Under the pieces are notes generated by a model. It saw only the letters and a program-made list of their open reading frames with translations. It was not told the origin of the DNA and did no database searches. Position numbers and translations under genes: made by a program. This document shows, piece by piece, positions 52,570 to 58,537 of a stretch of 58,537 bases of DNA. Origin of the DNA: Gemmatimonadota bacterium (lineage in GTDB: Bacteria > Gemmatimonadota > Gemmatimonadetes > Gemmatimonadales > GWC2-71-9); contig JAHECN010000002.1 in assembly GCA_024641735.1 (NCBI GenBank), positions 1-58,537 on the forward strand. Direction: 5' to 3'. Numbering within the stretch: the first letter of the stretch is position 1; every line of letters begins with the position of its first letter.

Positions 52570-54738
52570 ATGCATCGCCTTTCATTCGCCCCTCGCTTTC
52601 GGTTCCCGCTCCTCGCCCTCCTCGTCGGGGCAGTGAGCCCTCTCACCTCCCAGGTCACTGCGACCCCACGCGCGGCGCCGACGGCGGCTCCGACAGAACT
52701 CCAGGCCGGGCCCGGTGGGTGGGTCAAGGAGTTCGGCACCATGTGGACGTTCGAGGCGCCACCGCTCGAGTACTGGAAGGGACGATATGGGTTCGAGCCC
52801 AGCACCGCGTGGCTCGATCACGTGCGGCTCTCGAGTGTCAGGATCCCGGGTTGCTCCGCGTCGTTCGTGTCGGATCGCGGGTTGGTCATGACCAACCATC
52901 ACTGCGCCCGTGCCTGCATCTCGGCAGTCTCGCCTGCGGACACGAGCTATCAGGAGGCGGGATTCGTCGCGTTGCGGGAATCTGATGAGCGTCGCTGTGA
53001 GGGATCGTACGCTGACCAGCTCATCGCGACGGAGGATGTCACCGGGAAGGTGCGCGCGGCGATGACCGCTGCCGAGACGGCGAAGCAGGTGGAGCAACGC
53101 GACAAGGCGATTGGTGATATCCAGTCCGTGTGTCAGACGTCTCCAGAAATCGTCTGTCAGGTCGTCACGTTCTATCAGGGCGGCAAGTACTCGCTCTACC
53201 GCTATCGGCGCTATACCGATGTGCGGTTGGTCATGGCACCGGAAGAGGGCATTTCGTTCTTTGGCGGTGACCCGGACAACTTCACCTACCCGCGCTACGA
53301 TCTGGATCTGACCCTGCTGCGTGTGTATGACAACGGCCAACCGATGCAGACCGAGCACTATCTCCGGTGGAACTCGGAGGGGGCGAAGGAAGGGGATCTG
53401 ACGTTTGTGGTCGGCAACCCGGGCAGCACGGGGCGGTTGCTCACGATGGCGCAGATGGAATACCTGCGCGATGTCCAGTACCCCGCTGCCCTGGCGAACT
53501 ACGCGGCGCAGATCGCGCTCTACAAGGAACTCGCCGAGGAGAGCGTTGCCAATCGACGGAAGTACGAGAACACGATCTTCGGGTTGGAGAACTCCCAGAA
53601 GGCGACGCGTGGCTACCAAACCGGCTTGCTCGATCCCGCGATCATGGCGCGAAAGGCCGCCTTCGAGAAGGACTTCCGCTCCCGGATCATGGCCAAGCCC
53701 GAGCTCGCGGCCAAGTACGGCACGGCGTGGGACAACATTGCGCGTGCGCAGCGCGAACTCGGCAGCTTCGCGGTACAGATGCAATTCCACGGGTTCGGCG
53801 GCGGCTCATCGTTGCTGAATCTGGCGGCGTTGCTGGTGCGGATCCCCGAGCAGGAAGCGCTTCCCGATTCGCTCCGTTTGGCGGCGTATCGCGGAGCAGG
53901 GATGGCACGGATGCGGGCGCAAGTGCTGCAGGACCTCACGATCGATGTGGCACTCGAGCGTCAGCTCCTCGCCACGCAACTTGGCCTCGCGTCGCGCGCA
54001 CTCCCTGCCGGAGATCCTTTCCTCGCCGCGGCCTTGGGAGGCCGCAGCCCCGAGGTGGCCGCCGAGGTGTTGGTGAACGGGAGTACCCTCGGTTCGGTCG
54101 CAGCGCGCCGTGCGCTCCTCGACGGCGGGGCCGCTGCCGTCCGCGCCAGTACGGATCCGATGGTGATCCTCGCGCGACAGGTGAATCCGCTGGCGATGCG
54201 GCATGCCGAACGCGCTCAGGGATTGACCACGACCATCAGCGCGAATGTGGCATTGGTTGGACAGGCGATCTATGCGGCGTATGGCGAGAGCCTGCCCCCG
54301 GATGCGACGTTCACCCTGCGGATCAGTGACGGCGTGGTACGCGGCTTCCCCTACAACGGGACGGTCGCACCGTATCGCACCACGCTGTATGGATTGTTCG
54401 GCCGGAGCGCCGAGTTTGACAACACCCCCCCGTTCAGGCTCCCGGCGCGCTGGCAGGCAGCGCGCAACACGCTTGACCTGGCGACCCCGATCAACTTCGT
54501 GCTGACCAGCGACATCATCGGAGGTAACTCCGGCAGTCCGGTCATCAATCGCAACGGAGAGGTCGTGGGGCTGATTTTCGATGGCAACATCGAGATGCTT
54601 CCGAATCGTTTCATTTACACGGACGAGGTGTCGCGATCGGTGGCCGTCCACACCAAGGGGATCGTAGAGGCGCTCCGCAAGGTGTACTCCGCCGGTCGCC
54701 TTGCCGATGAAGTCGAACGCGCGGCCGTCAAGCGGTGA
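52570..54738 (+). CDS. S46 family dipeptidyl-peptidase (DPP7/DPP11-like), secreted
   Basis: Signal peptide. [24 protein letters not shown] (His) and [25 protein letters not shown] (Ser) are hallmark S46 motifs. Confidence 0.85.
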   Translation: MHRLSFAPRFRFPLLALLVGAVSPLTSQVTATPRAAPTAAPTELQAGPGGWVKEFGTMWTFEAPPLEYWKGRYGFEPSTAWLDHVRLSSVRIPGCSASFVSDRGLVMTNHHCARACISAVSPADTSYQEAGFVALRESDERRCEGSYADQLIATEDVTGKVRAAMTAAETAKQVEQRDKAIGDIQSVCQTSPEIVCQVVTFYQGGKYSLYRYRRYTDVRLVMAPEEGISFFGGDPDNFTYPRYDLDLTLLRVYDNGQPMQTEHYLRWNSEGAKEGDLTFVVGNPGSTGRLLTMAQMEYLRDVQYPAALANYAAQIALYKELAEESVANRRKYENTIFGLENSQKATRGYQTGLLDPAIMARKAAFEKDFRSRIMAKPELAAKYGTAWDNIARAQRELGSFAVQMQFHGFGGGSSLLNLAALLVRIPEQEALPDSLRLAAYRGAGMARMRAQVLQDLTIDVALERQLLATQLGLASRALPAGDPFLAAALGGRSPEVAAEVLVNGSTLGSVAARRALLDGGAAAVRASTDPMVILARQVNPLAMRHAERAQGLTTTISANVALVGQAIYAAYGESLPPDATFTLRISDGVVRGFPYNGTVAPYRTTLYGLFGRSAEFDNTPPFRLPARWQAARNTLDLATPINFVLTSDIIGGNSGSPVINRNGEVVGLIFDGNIEMLPNRFIYTDEVSRSVAVHTKGIVEALRKVYSAGRLADEVERAAVKR

Positions 54739-55832
54739 CGCGACTCACGCAGGCGGAGCGCCTCCGCGGCCTTCGTATCCTGGTCGGGAACACGCCGCTG
54801 CTGGCCATTGAGTTCCGTGTGAATGGTGGCGCGCCCCGGACGCTCCACGTGAAAGCGGAGAGCTTGAACCTGACGGGCAGCATCAAGGATCGGATGGCGC
54901 TGTACATCATCCGGCGTGCCACCGAGCGCGGCGAGTTGGCACCCGGTGGCATGATCGTCGAGGCGACCAGTGGCAACACCGGCATCTCCTTCTGTGCCAT
55001 TGGCCGAGCGCTGGGGCATCCGGTCACGATCTTCATGCCGGACTGGATGAGTGCGGAACGGATCGCGCTGATTCGATCCTTTGGTGCCACAATCCGGTTG
55101 GTCTCGAAGGAGGACGGCGGGTTCCTCGGCTCGATCGCGCAGGCGGAGGAACTGGCGCGCACCACGCCCGGCGCGTTCTTGCCGCGTCAATTCGCCAACG
55201 AAGAGAACTGCGAGGCGCACTTCCGTTCCACGGGTCCGGAACTCCTGGCCCAGATGGGGAGTCTGGGCTTGGTCCCCGATGCCTTTGTGGCCGGAGTTGG
55301 CACCGGGGGAACCATCATGGGTGTCGGGAGGTATCTGCGGAGTCAGCATCCCGCTGTCCGCCTGCACCCCGTGGAGCCAGCCAATTCCCCGACACTCTCC
55401 ACCGGGCACAAGGTCGGGAAGCACCGCATTCAGGGCATCAGCGATGAGTTCATTCCGGCCATCGTGCATCTCGACGAACTGGACGAGGTCCTGGCCGTGG
55501 ACGATGGTGATGCGATCCTGATGGCGAAGAAGCTCGCCGCCGATCTCGGCCTCGCGGTCGGGATTTCCAGTGGCGCCAATTTTCTCGCGGCGGTGCAAGC
55601 ACAGGACACGCTGGGGGAACAGTCTGTGGTGACCACCGTGTTCTGTGATTCCAACAAGAAATATCTGTCGACTGACTTGCTCCGAGACGAGCCGACCCTT
55701 CCTGGACATCGCACCCCCACGATCGAACTCCTCGGATTTCGCGCCGTCAACCGGGTCTGCGACGTCTGTTTCGATCCCGAGGACCCCGTCAGCGCCCCGG
55801 TGAACTTCGTGGCGATCACCCCCCGGCGCTGA
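54735..55832 (+). CDS. Cysteine synthase family PLP enzyme (CysK/CysM/CBS-like) with C-terminal extension
   Basis: PLP-lysine motif [11 protein letters not shown], plus TSGNTGIS and [12 protein letters not shown]. 4-nt overlap with the S46 gene. About 50 extra C-terminal residues. Confidence 0.75.
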   Translation: MTRLTQAERLRGLRILVGNTPLLAIEFRVNGGAPRTLHVKAESLNLTGSIKDRMALYIIRRATERGELAPGGMIVEATSGNTGISFCAIGRALGHPVTIFMPDWMSAERIALIRSFGATIRLVSKEDGGFLGSIAQAEELARTTPGAFLPRQFANEENCEAHFRSTGPELLAQMGSLGLVPDAFVAGVGTGGTIMGVGRYLRSQHPAVRLHPVEPANSPTLSTGHKVGKHRIQGISDEFIPAIVHLDELDEVLAVDDGDAILMAKKLAADLGLAVGISSGANFLAAVQAQDTLGEQSVVTTVFCDSNKKYLSTDLLRDEPTLPGHRTPTIELLGFRAVNRVCDVCFDPEDPVSAPVNFVAITPRR

Positions 55833-55909
55833 GTTGGCCGGGCGGGCGATCCGTCCGCCCCGGGGGGTCTCGATTGCGGAACCGCCCGGAGAGGGCGACA
55901 CTACGATGC

Positions 55910-57583
55910 ATGCCACGGCTCTCCCGCACCTATCGCAACGTCCTGCTTCTGATCGGCTCGCTGCCGGTCGCGTTGCTCGTGTTCGCGCTCCTCTATCAGT
56001 TCGGGATGGCGCACCTCGAGGGGCAGGAGCGTTCGCTGACTGCCTCGTTGGAGTGGGCGGCGGAGACCCTGACCACCACCGGCTACGGGCGCGATACCGG
56101 GTGGACGCATCCGCTGATGCAGGCGTATGTGATCGGGGTACAGTTCCTCGGCCTCTTCCTCGTCTTCCTGCTCTTTCCGATCTTCATGATTCCGTTCTTC
56201 GAGGAACGCTTCGAAGCGCGGTTGTCCACCCGGTTGCCCGAGTTGAAGGGCCAAGTGCTGGTCTACCGGTACGGGCCGGCGGTAACCTCCTTCATTCGGG
56301 AACTTGAACAGGCCAAGGTGCCGGTCACCATCCTGGAGGAAGATGAGGCGCTCGCCCGCCGCCTCGTGGGTCGCGGTCTCCGCGTCGTCCTCGGCAACCT
56401 CGATGAAGAAGACCCAGACCTTTCGAAGTTGACCGGCGCGCGTGGCGTGGTCCTCAACGGCGACGACAACCACAACGCTGCGATGGTGCTGGCCGCCCGC
56501 TATCAGGGGTATGCGGGACCAATCCTGGCGCTGATGGATGAGCCGTTCCATCGGCCGCCAATGATCCGCGCGGGTGCGACCGCTGCCTTCACCCCGGAGC
56601 ATGTGCTTGCCGCCGCCCTGTCCGCGCGGGCCAGCGCACGGATCAGTCCTCGCGTTTCCGGCGTGCGGAATCTCGGGCAGCATCTTGAAGTGGCCGAGTT
56701 CCGGTTGCATGCCGGGAGCCCGATGGCAGGGAAGACCATCGCGGAAGCCCGGATGCGGGCCGAGACGGGCGCAACGATTGTCGGGCTCTGGATCGGTGGA
56801 GAATTGGTGCGTCAGCCGGCGATCAGCACGCGATTGGATCCGGGGATCATCCTGGTCGCGGTCGGCAGTCATGACGCGATCGCCCGCCTCGGAAAGATGG
56901 TGACCTCACCGCCGCGCCGCGGTCCACTCCTGGTGGTTGGCGACGGGTCGCTGGGGCGGAAAGTCGCCGAGCTGTTGCGCGATGCGGAAGAACAGATCCG
57001 GGTGCTGGATCTGACGGCCTCCGAGTCGGTCGACATCGTCGGTGATCCCCTCAACACGCGCGTGCTCGAAAGCGCGGGCGCGCGCGAGGCCTCCGCCATT
57101 GTGCTGGCACTGGAATCGGACGCCGCAGCCATCTTCACAGTGGCTGTGATCCGGAGCTTCTCGCCCGATGCAGTGATCATCGCCGGGGCGCGGCTGGTCG
57201 AGAATGTCTCAAGAATTCACCGTGCAGGGGCGGATTTCGCTCTCTCGGTGAGTCAAGTTGCCGGGCAGTTGCTCACCCATCACATTTTGGGGCAGCAGTC
57301 GATGTCGCTGGAGGCGTCGGTCAAGCTGGTCGCCACCTCGGGCGAGAGTCTGGTGGGTCGTGCGCTGGAGGATTTCCGGATTCGCGAGCGCACCGGGTGT
57401 TCCGTGGTGGCGGTCGAACGGAGCGGAGACGTCATCGTCGAGTTCGAGGACGGCTTCGAAATTCAGGCGGATGACACCGTCTATGTCAGCGGCACCGACG
57501 AGGATGTGGCCACCTACTTCAAGGGCTTCCCGAACACCCGTGCCTGGCCTGCCGTGAAGCCCGATCCGTCCGCGCTCGGCTGA
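55910..57583 (+). CDS. 2-TM potassium channel with two RCK (TrkA-N/TrkA-C) modules
   Basis: Start placed at ATG 55910. Selectivity filter TLTTTGYG lies between two TM helices. Two Rossmann-like TrkA-N segments (VLVYRYGP..., LLVVGDGSLG...) are each followed by a TrkA-C-like segment. Confidence 0.8.
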   Translation: MPRLSRTYRNVLLLIGSLPVALLVFALLYQFGMAHLEGQERSLTASLEWAAETLTTTGYGRDTGWTHPLMQAYVIGVQFLGLFLVFLLFPIFMIPFFEERFEARLSTRLPELKGQVLVYRYGPAVTSFIRELEQAKVPVTILEEDEALARRLVGRGLRVVLGNLDEEDPDLSKLTGARGVVLNGDDNHNAAMVLAARYQGYAGPILALMDEPFHRPPMIRAGATAAFTPEHVLAAALSARASARISPRVSGVRNLGQHLEVAEFRLHAGSPMAGKTIAEARMRAETGATIVGLWIGGELVRQPAISTRLDPGIILVAVGSHDAIARLGKMVTSPPRRGPLLVVGDGSLGRKVAELLRDAEEQIRVLDLTASESVDIVGDPLNTRVLESAGAREASAIVLALESDAAAIFTVAVIRSFSPDAVIIAGARLVENVSRIHRAGADFALSVSQVAGQLLTHHILGQQSMSLEASVKLVATSGESLVGRALEDFRIRERTGCSVVAVERSGDVIVEFEDGFEIQADDTVYVSGTDEDVATYFKGFPNTRAWPAVKPDPSALG

Positions 57584-57616
57584 GCCCACCCTCTCCCCGA
57601 ACCTTGCGAGGTCACG

Positions 57617-58066
57617 ATGGCCGCACCGAATGTACCGGACTCGACCAAGGCGCCTCGCCACCTGTGGGTCGTCGGGGTGGTTGGGCTTCTGTTCGCCGCC
57701 GTTGGGGCGCTGGATTACTACATGACGGAAACCCGGAACGTGGAGTACATGGCTGGATTCACTCCCGAGCAACTCGAGTTCTTTTACGGCCTTCCGGCGT
57801 GGGTCGTCTCCTCGTGGGCCGTGGCCGTCTGGGGAAGCGTGGTCGGATGCCTGCTCTTGCTCGCGCGACGGCAGTTTGCGGTGACGGTTCTGGGCATGTC
57901 GCTCGTCGCCACCCTGGTGACGACCGTCCACAATTTCGGCATGTCCAATGGGTTGGAGATCATGGGAAGCGCGCAGTCGCTCTTCTTCGCCGGCCTGATC
58001 CTCCTCTTCGCGCTCGGCTTGTGGCTCTACGCCCGCGCGATGCGCACGGCAGGGGTTCTCCGGTAG
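57617..58066 (+). CDS. 4-TM membrane protein (hypothetical)
   Basis: 149 aa with four hydrophobic helices and G/C-rich third codon positions. Confidence 0.45.
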   Translation: MAAPNVPDSTKAPRHLWVVGVVGLLFAAVGALDYYMTETRNVEYMAGFTPEQLEFFYGLPAWVVSSWAVAVWGSVVGCLLLLARRQFAVTVLGMSLVATLVTTVHNFGMSNGLEIMGSAQSLFFAGLILLFALGLWLYARAMRTAGVLR

Positions 58067-58133
58067 CACACGACACACTGTATGACACTCACATTGCCCC
58101 GGCATCAGGTGGGGCATCCTTGAAAGGAGTAGC

Positions 58134-58537
58134 ATGATGATTCGGAACGCAGACGCAGAGTGGAAAGGCGACTTGAAGGGTGGATCGGGAACGGTGACGC
58201 TCGGCAGCGGATCCTATTCCGGCCCCTATTCGTTCTTGAGCCGATTTGATGACGGCAGCGGCACCAACCCGGAAGAATTGCTCGGGGCAGCGCACGCCGG
58301 ATGTTTCTCGATGGCTCTGGCCAACACGTTGGCCATGGCGGGGCATGTGCCGACCAGTATCCACACGACCGCAAAAGTGCATGCCGGCAAAGATGAGTCC
58401 GGGTTCAAGATCAGCCGGATTGATTTGGTGACGCGCGGCGTCGTTCCTGGGCTCTCGGCGGAGGAGTTCGTCCGAGTGGCCGAGGAGATGAAGACGGGCT
58501 GCATTGTGTCGCGAGCGTTGTCTGCGGTGCCAATGAC
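58134..58537 (+). CDS. osmC: OsmC family peroxiredoxin, 3'-truncated by the window edge
   Basis: Not in the ORF track because there is no stop inside the window. ATG 58134 follows the RBS AAAGGAG. My translation, MMIRNADAEWKGDLKGGSGTVTLGS...GTNPEELLGAAHAGCFSMALAN...TGCIVSRAL, aligns with E. coli OsmC, including both catalytic Cys contexts. Confidence 0.85.
   Translation, partial: MMIRNADAEWKGDLKGGSGTVTLGSGSYSGPYSFLSRFDDGSGTNPEELLGAAHAGCFSMALANTLAMAGHVPTSIHTTAKVHAGKDESGFKISRIDLVTRGVVPGLSAEEFVRVAEEMKTGCIVSRALSAVPM

Overview
GC-rich bacterial chromosomal segment (third codon positions are almost all G/C) with about 50 protein genes on both strands. I found no rRNA, tRNA, CRISPR array, transposase or integrase. 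Most long antisense ORFs in the six-frame track are GC-driven shadows of the real genes.

Recognisable content:
- Many peptidases: S9, two tandem S8 subtilisins, a DUF885-like protein, an iminopeptidase-like alpha/beta hydrolase, M3, M1, S41 and S46.
- Biosynthesis operons: metX plus a cystathionine-gamma-synthase-family gene, and thrA-thrB-thrC.
- Other genes: pntAA-pntAB-pntB, a sigma-70 family factor, acnA, infA, uup, queC-queE and a 3'-truncated osmC.
- Transport: two K+ channels (TMEM175-like, and a 2TM TTGYG channel with tandem RCK) and an APC permease fused to two USP domains.

The strongest candidate for an undescribed system is a six-gene, translationally coupled minus-strand locus (12067-20422). 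In transcription order it encodes:
1. a PEP-CTERM / DUF4114-like protein;
2. a polytopic membrane protein;
3. a BcsB-like lipoprotein with a C-terminal TM anchor;
4. a processive GT2 synthase whose N-terminus carries a textbook tandem MshEN c-di-GMP-binding motif rather than PilZ;
5. a paralogous polytopic membrane protein;
6. a small outer-membrane beta-barrel candidate.

Other leads:
- A roughly 340-nt structured metX leader with two intrinsic-terminator-like hairpins and a 31-codon mini-ORF with clustered Met codons.
- A pseudokinase-kinase tandem Hanks protein, co-directional with queC-queE and with an HD(HH)-variant SpoT-like hydrolase homolog.
- A membrane protein ending in a CxxC...HxxCPxC module.
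- A heptamer-based inverted repeat embracing a bidirectional terminator.

The gene content (PEP-CTERM, lipoproteins, OM barrel, S46) points to a diderm. A Gemmatimonadota/Acidobacteriota-like origin is only a guess. All homology calls come from reading motifs by eye; no searches were run.
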